Part shown: positions 12,222 to 24,089 of the stretch, one piece after another
Numbering within the stretch: position 1 is the first letter of the stretch
Layout of the letters: each line of letters opens with the position of its first letter
Assembly (NCBI GenBank): GCA_043228905.1
Contig: JBHGNT010000012.1
Location: 13,268,001-13,332,000, forward strand
Length of the DNA stretch: 64,000 nt
Source of the DNA: Azolla caroliniana
Taxonomy: Eukaryota > Plantae > Polypodiophyta
Direction: 5' to 3'
The notes under the pieces: model-generated
Databases searched by the model: none
The model's input: only the letters and a program-made list of their open reading frames with translations
Told to the model about the DNA's origin: nothing
Program-made: the position numbers and the translations under genes

Positions 12222-15200
12222 TCTTACGAGCATGACCATATAATATCCCCTGGTGAGAATTTATTGTAGTATTCTATACATGTGGATAAGTGTGAGGGTT
12301 AAACGATAGTGTAAAGAAAGGGAGGATTACTTTTAATCCGTGGGATTGAGACAACCCATTAGGCCAAGTGTGAACTTGCTTGGGGGCCTTGGGTATCGTT
12401 ATAAATATGAGGCCTAGCTACCCTCATTTGATGACATCTTGACTACATTGAGACTCTGTTTCATGGTGGGTCAACTCTTCTAGCGAGCACGCTAGCACCA
12501 GGTACAACTTGACACCACGGCGGTGGTATGGGACGCTGATCGAGGCTCGAGTCCGTCTCGATCCCTTCGCTCGGGGGTGGTCGGGTGGATCGACACCCTT
12601 CTTTCTCTCTCTCCTTTCTATCTATCTATCTTTTATCCTTATCATATGCTTACTTTAGATCATAACTCTAACAATTGGTATCAGAGCTTATGTTTCTAAT
12701 GTTTCCTTTGTTTGTTTTTGTCTTCTTGATGGATGGTGATCGATCGACGTGCAGTTGACCTTGATCCAAATAGCGATCAACAAAGGAACTTCGGTAACTC
12801 TTTCTTGTTTTTTTTTTTTGTTTTTTTTCTTCTCCCATCTAATCATGTATATGGTCAATATGAATTTATTTCATTGATTCAATGATGTTGTAGTGTAATT
12901 AATTGGTTGTATAAAACGTTTACATATGTGTATGAGGTCAATACCTCATTTGACATATATTTAATATGTGATTAGTGTCGTATGCGTACGAGGTTAATAC
13001 CTCAATTGCGTATTACATTCACATACATATGTTACGTATGCGTATGAGGTCAATACCTTGATTTTTTGTAAATGATATGCGTTTGGTGTCGTATGCATAA
13101 GAGGTCAATACCTCAATTGCGTATTACGATTAACCCTTATTATTGGATGTTTCATGTGTGTAGAGGCTATATGCCTCAATTATGTGTCTCGATTTCATCA
13201 TACGTTGGCTATTTGATGTTGGGATTTTTCTTAATATACGCATATGTGGTGTATACGTATTTGATCATATATGTGTGATAAATATACATATGTGTATGTT
13301 AGTTATAACGTAATTTCTATATTGAATGTTGTCCTTTTCGGGGAAAGGATCTTGGTGTCCGTCCTCACATTTTTGTGAGAACGGCGTAGTCATCATCCTT
13401 TTTTCAACAATCTTTTTGTTGAAATCCCCGTTGGTCACTTCGATTTCATTACGTAACGAAACGATCATAGCCACAATGATGGTGAGAACGTACGGCTTGA
13501 CCCACTTCATGTGAGGTCGCTCATATCCAAAATCCCTCCCTCATTACATGGATATGATGCCACCATGAGATCATTCTAACGAAAGGCATTCATAATGAAC
13601 CATGTGATGGGCCACGTGGGCCTACTATGAAAAAAGGGCTCATTTGACTTGACCATTGGGTTGCACTTTGGCATATGCCATCATAATTATGAGACTTGAG
13701 GTTAGGTAACATACCAACATAATTTGTGGTAAATGAGAGGGAAATAACGACTCTTGACATATATGTTTCTTTTAAGAAAACATATATGGGCAAATGCCTC
13801 GCATATCTCTTATACGCATAAAACGTTAAATATTCAACACGAGCAACCTATTTGGTTAGCTCAAGTGTTTAATGCATTTGTTCTCGAGTTCCAATATGAC
13901 CAAGACCATACAACATTATTGATACATATGACTATAATACATGTTTAGACTTTAGGTTTAAGTGCACTTCGGGGTCCTCGTAATAGGACTTAAAGAGCCG
14001 AAACCACATATGTGGGCACAGAAACATAGTTTATTGTTAACATTTTTTTCGTGTATAAACTCATGACTCGAACATACGTGGTTGAGCCTCGGGGAGCCGC
14101 CATGAAAAAACGATATAGAGATCAGGGAAAGACATTCATTTGTCACCCCCATGGTTTTAAAAACACCTTTGTGTTACCATAGTAACCTGATCTTGAACAT
14201 CATCTCATACGACTAGAGGGGTATTGACGTGAGATCAAGATATCGATTAATGTTGGCCCATGATATGTTTACATCACGACTTGATGTTATGACTATTTGT
14301 CTGACCTTATCGTATTGCTTTGCCAGAAATAATAATTCAATGGCTCAGAATAACGAACCGATGTCATCCGCTCAAGTAGAAGAAACTCAAGCAAATCCTC
14401 TTGGAGCAATCTCCATTGAGTCGTATTTCTTACAAATAAAAAATTTCCTTAGTTCAACCGCTCATCAAATGTCCGAACTTCGGCAATCTCAAAGTGCTCT
14501 CGAGGCACGTGTCATTAGTTTACAACATGACACTAAAAGACCCGATGAGCGTCAAGGTGAAACATCATTTGTCGTAAAGCCATTTACGATAGAAAAAAAA
14601 GAAAGAGCCGAAGAAGCAATATGCACGTGGTTGGGCCAATGGGAGTCTCATTTTGAGCTCTATCCCACGCCAGATAGTACGAAGATTGCATATGTCGGCA
14701 GAGAACTAGGGGGTAAGGTCGCCGCCTAGTGGCGTGGGCTCCGAACTTTGGGAAATTGCTCGATACTTAGACAAATTTTGTCACATTTTTTAAGGGCCCA
14801 TGATATGTTTACATCACGACATGATGTTATGACTATTTGTTTGACCTTATCCTATTTCTTTTCCAGAAATAATCATTGAATGGCTCAAAATAACGTCCCG
14901 ATGTCATCCGCTCAAAATAATCATTGGATGGCTCAAAATAACGACCCGATGGGAGTCTCATTTTGACCTCTATCCCACGCTAGATAGTACGAAGATTGCA
15001 TATGTCGGCCGAGAACTAGGGGGTAAGGCCGGCGCGTGGTGGTGTGAGCTCTGAACTTTGGGGAAATTTCCCGATACCTGGATAGACTTTGTCACAGTTT
15101 TTAAGGGCCAATTTCTGTAACCTCCCTCTCGAACCGAGGCAGCTCAAGCCTTAATGAACCTCTCTAGCATGAAGTTTTCTCGCTAGAAAACTATGTCCAC

Positions 15201-15344
15201 CATGCTAGAACCCAAATCCAAAAATCGGGTCTAGAAGGGGACAATTGGTTAATAGCTTGTTTTGTTAATGGCATCCTCAATTCGGACTATCATTGGATAG
15301 TGCATGATAATGATCCCAAATCCTTCGAAGAGGCCGTTGAAATA
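12222..15344 (+). mobile_element. Older G1 copy B: LTR, PBS, long leader, scrambled and duplicated gag
   Basis: LTR ~12222-12673 ending CTCTAACA; PBS TGGTATCAGAGC 12676-12687; gag MAQNN at ~14340, restarting at ~14880 and ~14928. Confidence 0.88.
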
Positions 15345-15924
15345 TGTTACGGGAACCACGGGATATTATATGGTCATGCCCGTAATACTACGGTAATTTC
15401 TTACCACGGGATATTATATGGTCATGCCCGTAACAATTTACCGTAGTATTCTATACACGTGGATAAGTGTGAGGGTTAAATGATAGTGTAAAGAAGGGGA
15501 GGATTACTTTTAATCCTCGGGATTGAGACAACCCATTAGGTCAAGTGTGAACTTACCTGGGGGCCTTGGGTTTCGCTATAAATAAGAGGCCTAGCTACCC
15601 TCATTTGATCTTTTGACTACATCGAGACTCTGCTCATGTGGTGGGTCAACTCTTGTAGCGAGCGCGCCAGCACCAGGTACGACTCGACGCCACGGCGGTG
15701 GTATGGGACGCTGATCGAGGCTCGAGTCCGTCTCGATCCCTTCGCTCGGGGGTGGTCGGGTGGATCGGCACCCTTCTTTCTCTTTCTCCTTTCTATCTAT
15801 CTTTTCATTATCCTTATCTTAAGCTTACGTTAGTACCTAGATCTATAATATTTGGTATCAGATTTTTGTACTAATGTTTCTTTGTTTTTCATTTGTCTTT
15901 TGATTCATGCTGATCGATCGTTGT
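15345..15924 (+). mobile_element. G1 LTR with rearranged 5' end, plus PBS and leader stub
   Basis: TGTTACGGG at 15345; LTR body ends TATAATA at 15850; TGGTATCAG at 15853. Confidence 0.85.
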
Positions 15925-16009
15925 ATCCAACCCACCGTGAATGGGGAATCCAACCCACCGTAAACGTGAATGGGGAATCCAACCCACCGTAAGTGATCAC
16001 ACCTACACT

Positions 16010-18936
16010 ATGTCCCGATTCAATTAACATATTTTGAACAACAACAACTTGATGAAATCTTAAATGATTTTCATGATGTTTTTCCAAGTGAACTACCTGA
16101 TGGGTTACCTCCTAAACGTAATATAGACCATCGTATAGATATTGTACCTGGTGTTGCACCAATAAGTATACCTCCGTATCGCTTAAATCGATCCGAAGAA
16201 GATGAGGTATCTAAGCAACTCAAGGACTATTTACGAATGGGTTATATACGTTATAGTAAATCTCCATGGGGTGCACCAGTTCTCTTGGTTAAAAAGAAAG
16301 AGGGCACATGGCGTATGTGTATTAATTATCAACGCTTGAATAAAGAAACGATCAAGAATTCGTATCCATTGCCCCGGGCTGACGATCTAATTGACCGTCT
16401 CCAGGGAGCTCGGTATTTTACGAAACTTGATCTCCGTACTGGCTACCATCAAATACGAATAAGTGAGGACGATGTTCCTAAAACGGCATTTCGTACGCGC
16501 TATGGCCATTACGAGTTTTTGGTTATGCCTTTTGGTTTGACCAATGCTCCGGCTACTTTTCAACAAGAAATGAATGACATTTTCCGAGAACAACTTGGAA
16601 AATTTGTCGTTATTTTCTTGGATGATATTTTAGTTTATAGCCGTACATTACAAGAACATGCTAGACATGTCCGCTTTGTTTTACAAACATTGCGTGACAA
16701 ACAGTTTTATGCGAAGATCTCAAAATGTGAGATCTTCAAGAAATCAATTACTTATCTAGGACATCTCATAACCGAACGAGGAGTTGAAATTGATCCTTCT
16801 CGCATTGAGAAAATCAAGCTTTGGCCCACTCTTCGGATTATTCGAGAAATTCGATCATTCCTTGGTTTTGTGGGGTTTTTGCGAAAGTCTCTTCGTAATT
16901 ACTCCCAATTGACGACGCCGTTTACTGATCTTTTAAAAGGTCAAACGCGTAAGTCTACAAAACCTATTGTGTGGAATGCTACACTAGACCTTGCCTTTAA
17001 GGAACTCAAGGACTTTGTTTGCAAGGCTCCTTCACTTCTTTTACCCGATCCTTCAAAACCTTTTGAGGTTGAAACCGATGCAAGCGATTATGCTATAGGT
17101 GTTGTCTTGAATCAAGATGGTAAACCAATAGCATTCGAGAGTAAGAAACTTGATTCTGCTCAATGTCGGTATACCGTTCAAGAAAAGGAATAATTTGCAG
17201 TTATACATGCGCTCAAAACATGGCGCCATTATCTTTATGGAAATCACTTTGTGGTAACTATGGACCACGAGTCCTTGAAATATTTTTGTGACCAACAAGA
17301 CCTGAAAGGTCGTAAGGCACGATGGGCTGATCTCATCCAGGACTTTGATTTTTCCATACGATATCGTAAAGGTTCCATGAACACTGTCGCTAATGCACTA
17401 AGTCGCATCCGTGAAGTTAACACGCTTAGCTTCACTGAAATATCATCAGATCTTTATGATCACCTTCGAGGAAAGTATTCTGATGACAGTTATTTCGCAA
17501 AATACTGGGGAAGAGTTGAGTCTGGAACAGACACCACCACATCCTTGAAGGAATACTTCCACATTGCTAACGGTTTGCTCTACCGTAATGGGAAGGTTTG
17601 TGTCCCAGATTTAACCGAGGTCAAAAAGAGGATTCTTTTTTAATGCCATGATGCACCCTCAGCAGGGCACCCTGGAATACATCGTACACTCGTTCTCATC
17701 TCCACTCAATTTTATTGGCCTAAGATGCGTCCTGACATACATAGCTATGTGACTAAATGTCACCAGTGTCAGGTTAACAAAGTCGAGCGACTTAAAGCTG
17801 CAGGACTTTTACATCCCTTGGACATTCCCAATAATAAGTGGGAAAGTATATCCATGGATTTTATTGTTAGCCTTCCCCGCACCCAAAAAGGTCATGATGC
17901 CATCTGGGTTGTCGTTGATCGACTAACTAAAATGGCCAGATTTATTGCTACTAAAACCACGGTAACAGCTCCTGAATTGGCTTACCAATTCGTTGACGAA
18001 TTGTTTCGTTTTTATGGGTTACCGATGGATATCGTGAGTGATCGAGATCCAAAGTTTACTAGTGACTTCTGGACACAAGTCTTTAAGAAGTTAGAAACTA
18101 CGTTGAGCATGAGCTCCACGGATCATCCTCAATCCGATGGACAGACAGAACGAGTAAATAAAATTATTGAGGACATGCTTCGAGCATACGTTGGTGCAAA
18201 ACCAACAAAATGGGAACGTTATCTCCCAATTTTGGAGTTTGCTTATAACAGCTCCAAGCATACGTCGACGGGATATAGTCCTTTTATGTTGATGTATGGT
18301 TTTCAGCCACGAGCCCCGATTGATGTTAATATACATCATGATGAGTTGCGAAGTACACAAAACTTTCTTCGGGATATGCAAGATATGTTGCATATTGCAC
18401 GAGATAATATAAAAACAGCTCAAGATAGAGCGCGTTTTTATGCCGATCATCATAGGCAACCTCGTGTATTCAACCCTGGACAGAAGGTATTTTTACGTGT
18501 ACCTCACAATTCTAAGACATTGTCTACGGGTAAGTGCGCTAAGTTAGCCCCACGGTTTTGTGGACCTTTTACAGTCCTCAAACGCATTGGGTCATCAGCC
18601 TATCGTCTCGCTCTTCCCAATGGTGTTGGAATTCATCCAGTCTTTCATGTGAGTCGTCTAAAAGAACTTCTAGGTTCTGGCGACAATACAGTTATGACTG
18701 AAACTCTGGTTACTTCTGAAGAATTATCTTCTAAACCACATGTACCAGAAAGAATTCTCGATGTTAAAACAAAAAATTTACGTACTAAAGAAATCCGAGA
18801 ATTGAAAATAAAATGGATGGATAAATCAATAAAAGATGCCACATGGGAACGCGAAAATACTCTTAGAACTAACTTCCCTAACTTTCCATTGCAAGAGTGC
18901 AATGTTTTAAAGAGGGGGAGTATGTTACGGGCATGA
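16010..18936 (+). pseudogene. G1 pol: RT, RNase H, integrase and C-terminal chromodomain
   Basis: ORFs 16237..17193 ([20 protein letters not shown]), 17251..17643 and 17725..18936 (SMDFI, SDRD, DGQTERVN, GPF, PERILD..KW..ATWE); nonsense codons at 17191 and 17641; PPT AAAGAGGGGGAG just before 18923. Confidence 0.93.
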
Positions 18937-19835
18937 CCATATAATATCCCGTGGTAAGAATTTACCGTAGTATTCTATACACGTGGATAAGTGTGAGGGT
19001 TAAACGAGAGTGTAAAGAAGGGGAGGATTACTTTTAATCCTCGGGATTGAGACAACCCATTAGGTCAAGTGTGAACTTGCCTGGGGGCCTTGGGTATCGC
19101 TATAAATAAGAGGCCTAGCTACCCTCATTTGATCATCTTTTGACTACATCGAGACTCTGCTCGTGTGGTGGGTCATCTCTTGTAGCGAGCGCGCCAGCAC
19201 CAGGTACGACTCGACGCCACGGCGGTGGTATGGGACGCCGATCGAGGCTCGAGTCCGTCTCGATCCCTTCGCTCGGGGGTGGTCTGGTGGATCGGCACCC
19301 TTCTTTCTCTTTCTCCTTTCTATCTTTCATTTCTTTATCCTTATCTTAAGCTTACTTTAGTACCTAGATCTATAATATTATGTTACGGGCTTGACCATAT
19401 AATATCCCGTGGTAAGAATTTACCGTAGTATTCTATACACGTGGATAAGTGTGAGGGTTAAACGAGAGTGTAAAGAAGGGGAGGATTACTTTTAATCCTC
19501 GGGATTGAGACAACCCATTAGGTCAAGTGTGAACTTGCCTGGGGGCCTTGGGTTTCGCTATAAATAAGAGGCCTAGCTACCCTCATTTGATCATCTTTTG
19601 ACTACATCGAGACTCTGCTCGTGTGGTGGGTCATCTCTTGTAGCAAGTGCGCCAGCACCACGTACGACTCGACGCCACGGCGGTGGTATGGGACGCCGAT
19701 CGAGGCTCAAGTCCATCTCGATCCCTTCACTCGGGGGTGGTCGGGTGGATAGGCACCCTTCTTTCTCTTTCGCCTTTCTATCTTTCATTTCTTTATCCTT
19801 ATCTTAAGCTTACTTTAGTACCTAGATCTATAATA
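18923..19835 (+). repeat. Two G1 LTRs head-to-tail (18923-19377 and 19381-19835) joined by TTA
   Basis: Both are 455 bp, TGTTACGGG...TATAATA; first is preceded by PPT, second is followed by PBS at 19838. Confidence 0.95.
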
Positions 19836-19837
19836 TT

Positions 19838-22306
19838 TGGTATCAGATTTTTGTACTAATGTTTCTTTGTTTTTCATTTGTCTTTTGATTGATGCTGATC
19901 GATCGTTGTGCGGTTGGCCTTGATCCAGACAACGATAAACAAAGAACTTCGGTAACTCTTTCCATAATTTTTCTTTCTATTCTCTTTTCTCCCATCTAAT
20001 CATGTGTTTAGTTTATATGTAATTTTTTTCATTAAGTCAATGATGTTGTAGTGGTCTTTAATTGATTATCTAAAACGTTTACATATGTGCACGAGGTCAA
20101 TACCTCGTTTGACATATTAATAATATGTGATGAGTGTCGTATGCGTACGAGGTTAATACCTCAATTACGTATTACGTTCACGAACATATGTTACGTTTGC
20201 GTATGAGTTTAATACCTTGATTTGTTGTAAACGATATGCGTTTGGTCTCGTATGCGTAAGAGGTCAATACCTCCATTGCGTATTACGATGATCTCTTATT
20301 TGTGGATATTTCGTGTGCGTAGAGGTATATACCTCGATTACGTATCTCGATCACATCATTTGTGGCTATTTAATATAACGATATGTTTAATATAGGCATA
20401 TGTGGTCACATATATACGTATTTGATCGTATATATGTGATAAGTAAACATATGTGTATATTCGTTATTACATGATTATATCGAAAGTTGTCATGGTCGGG
20501 AAAAGGATGTTGGTGGCCGTCCTTACATTTTTGTGAGAATGGCGTTGTCACCATCCCTTTTTCAACATTTTTTTATTGTTGATAACCTCGTTGACGACCT
20601 CGATTTCGTTACGTAAAGAAACGCCAATAGCCAAAATGATGTTGAGTACGTAGGGCTTGACCCACTTCAAGTGAGGTCGCTCCAATGACGCACGTATCCA
20701 ACATCCCTCCCTCGTTACATGGATACGATGCCACCATGAGCTCGTTCTTACGAGAGGCATTCGTAATGACGTGACCATATGATGGCCCACGTGAGCCTAC
20801 TACGAAACGAGGGCTCATTTGGCTTGACCATTAGGTTGCCCTTTGGCATATGCCATCGTAATTACGAGACTTGAGGTTAGGTAACATACCAACATAGTTT
20901 TGGTAAATGAGGGCGAAATAAGGACCTTGACATATATGTTCTTTTAAAAAAACATATATGATCAATTGCCTCGCATATCTCTTATACGCATCAAACATTA
21001 AGCATTCGAGAAGAGCAACTTACTTGGTTGGCTCAAGTGTTTAATGTATTTGTTCTCGAGGTCTCGAGTTCAAATATGACCAAGACCATACAACATCCTT
21101 GATACATATGACTATAACACATGTTTAGACTTAAGGTCTAAGTGCACCTCGGGGTCCTCGTAATAGGACTTAAAGAGCAGAAACCACATATGTGGGCACC
21201 GAAACATAGTTTATTGTTAACATTTTTTTTCGTGTATAAACTATTCATGATGCGAACATACATGGTTGAGCCTCGGGGAGCCACCATGAAAAAATCGATA
21301 TAGAGATCAGGGAAAGACTTTTTTTTGTCACCCCCATGGTTTTTAAAACACCTTTGTGTTACCATAGTAACCTGATCTTGAACCTCATCTCATACGTCTA
21401 GAGGGGTATTGACGTGAGATAATGATATCGATTAATGCTCGCCCATGATATGTTTACATCACGACATGATGTTATGACTATATCTCTGACCTTATCCTAT
21501 TTCTTTTCCAGAAATAATCTTTAATGGCTCAAATTAACGACCCGATGTCATCCGCTCAAGCGGAAGGAACTCAAGGGAATCCTCCTGGACAAATGTCCAC
21601 TGAGATGTATTTGGCACAAATAGCCCAATACCTTAGTTTCACCGCTCAACAGATGACCGAACTTCGGCAATCTCAGAGTGCTCTTGAGGCACGTGTCATT
21701 AGTCTACAACGTGAGACTAATAGACCTGATGAGCGACAAGGTGAACCATCATTTGTCGTTAAGCCATTTACGGGAGACAAAAAGGAAAGAACCGAAGAAG
21801 CAATCTGCACATGGCTGGGACGATGGGAGTCTCATTTTGAGCTCTATCCCACGCTAGATAGTACGAAGATTGCATATGTCGGCCTAGAACTCGGGGGTAA
21901 GGCCGCCGCCTGGTGGCGTGGGCTCCGTACTATGGGGAAATTGCCCGATACCTGGACAGATTTTGTCACGGTTTTTAAGGACCAATTTCTACAACCTCCC
22001 TCTCGAACCGAGGCAGCACAAGCTTTAATGAACCTCTATAGCAGGAAATTTTCCTCGCTAGAAGACTATGTTCACCATGCTAGAATCCAAATCCAAAAAT
22101 CGGGTCTAGAAGGGGACAATTGGTTGATAGCTTGTTTTGTCAATGGCATCCCCAATTTGGACTATCACTGGATAGTGCACGATAAGGATCCAAAATCCTT
22201 CGAAGAGGCCGTTGAAATAGTTCTTCGCTATCAACGCACTTCGAAGAAGGACCATAACAAACCCAACGAAGCGCCCGGGACTAAGCAGTTGCAATTTGTT
22301 GGGAAA
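19838..22306 (+). mobile_element. G1 PBS, 1.7-kb 5' leader and gag, truncated before the zinc knuckle
   Basis: ORF 21524.. MAQINDPM...QFVGKR, then a switch to inverted pol. Confidence 0.9.
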
Positions 22307-23697
22307 CGGATGCGACTTAGTGCATCAGCGACAATGTTCATGGAACCTTTACGATATCGTATGGAAAAATCAAAGTCCTGGATGAGATCAGCCCATCGTG
22401 CCTTACGACCTTTCAGGTCTTGTTGGTCACAAAAATATTTCAAGGACTCGTGGTTCGTAGTTACCACAAAGTGATTTCCATAAAGATAATGGCGCCATGT
22501 TTTGAGCGCATGTATAACTACAAATAATTCCTTTTCTTGAACGATATACCGATATTGAGCAGAATCAAGTTTCTTACTCTCGAATGCTATTGGTTTACCA
22601 TCTTGATACAAGACATCACCTATAGCATAATCGCTTGCATCGGTTTCAACCTCAAAAGGTTTTGAAGGATCAGGTAAAAGAAGTGAAGGAGCCTTGCAAA
22701 CTAGGTCCTTGAGTTCCTTAAATGCAAGGTCTAGTGTAGCATTCCACACAATAGGTTTTGTAGACTTACGCGTTTGACCTTTTAAAAGATCAGTAAACGG
22801 CATCGTCAATTGGGAGTAATTACGAAGAGACTTTCGCAAAAACCCCACAAAACCAAGGAATGATCGAACTTCTCGAATATTCCGAAGAGTGGGCCAAAGC
22901 TTGATTTTCTCAATGCGAGAAGGATCAATTTCAACTCCTCGTTCGGTTATGAGATGTCCTAGATAAGTAATTGATTTCTTGAAGAACTCACATTTTGAGA
23001 TCTTCGCACGCAATGTTTGTAAAACATAGCGGACATGTCTAGCATGTTCTTGTAATGTACGGCTATAAACTAAAATATCATCCAAGAAAATAACGACAAA
23101 TTTTCCAAGTTGTTCTCGGAAAATGTCATTCATTTCTTGTTGAAAAGTAGCTGGCGCATTGGTCAAACCAAAAGGCATAACCAAAAACTCGTAATGGCCA
23201 TAGCGCGTACGAAATGCTGTTTTAGGAACATCATCCTCACTTATTCGTATTTGATGGTAGCCAGTACGGAGATCAAGTTTCGTAAAATACGAAGCTCCCT
23301 GGAGACGGTCAATTAGATCGTCAGCCCGGGGCAATGGATACGAATTCTTGATCGTCACTTTATTCAAGCATCGGTAATTAATACACATACGCCATGTGCC
23401 CTCTTTCTTTTTAACCAAGAGAACTGGTGCACCCCATGGAGATTTACTATAACGTATATAACCCATTCGTAAATAGTCCTTGAGTTGCTTAGATACCTCA
23501 TCTTCTTCGGATCGACTTAAGCGATACGGAGGTATACTTATTGGTGCAACACCAGGTACAATATCTATACGATGGTCTATATTACGTTTAGGAGGTAACC
23601 CATCAGGTAATTCACTTGGAAAAACATCATGAAAATCATTTAAGATTTCATCAAGTTGTTGCTGTTCAAAATATGTTAATTGAATCAGGACATTATC
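22304..23697 (-). pseudogene. Inverted G1 RT-RNase H fragment
   Basis: Core of ORF 22231..23790 ([20 protein letters not shown]); both ORF ends are chimeric. Confidence 0.9.
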
Positions 23698-24089
23698 CGG
23701 CTCCCCGATACGGCCGGTTGTTTCCAGATATCGATCCGGCTCAGGCTTATTCAGCCAATCCATATCCGGTTGAGCTTGCTCGCTCAACACTCCCCCTCAA
23801 GCTCAACTTGAGGTCGAATCGTGGTGTTAGTGTCTGTGGCGGCCGGTTCTTCTACCCGGTGCCTTCTGGCGTTGCTCCGCCTCGCTCGCGTTCCTCGTCC
23901 AGTCCGATCTTGTTTGCCGCGACCCTTCTGGTTTTGTGCACCTCGACCTCCTCGGTCGGCTTGTCTGCTCAACAGGCCCATTTCAGCTCCCTCGCTGTTG
24001 CGACTCCGGCGCTTGTCCACCCGTCGGTTCCTTCGTGTTGGCCTCGACTTCCGCGGCGTCCGTATCCACTTGGCCTTTAGTTCATCCAA
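23697..24089 (-). mobile_element. Copia C2 3' end: truncated 3' LTR (~23697-23789), PPT and 3' internal region
   Basis: LTR start TGTTGAGCGAGCAAGC on - matches 35330-35459; GAGGGGGAG PPT at ~23790-23798. Confidence 0.82.

Noticed and set aside
17634-17643. TTTTTTA as an HIV-like -1 slippery site
   Set aside because: Wrong phase for X XXY YYZ, and integrase continues in the same frame after the stop.
20085-20345. CRISPR-like look of the palindromic repeat with variable spacers
   Set aside because: Eukaryotic retrotransposon leader; repeats are degenerate, spacers are the same across element copies, and there are no cas genes. Kept as an RNA hairpin array instead.
22231-23790. 519-aa ORF (and 35352..35990) as novel fusion proteins
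   Set aside because: Chance read-through from C2 LTR sequence into G1 pol across rearrangement or insertion junctions.
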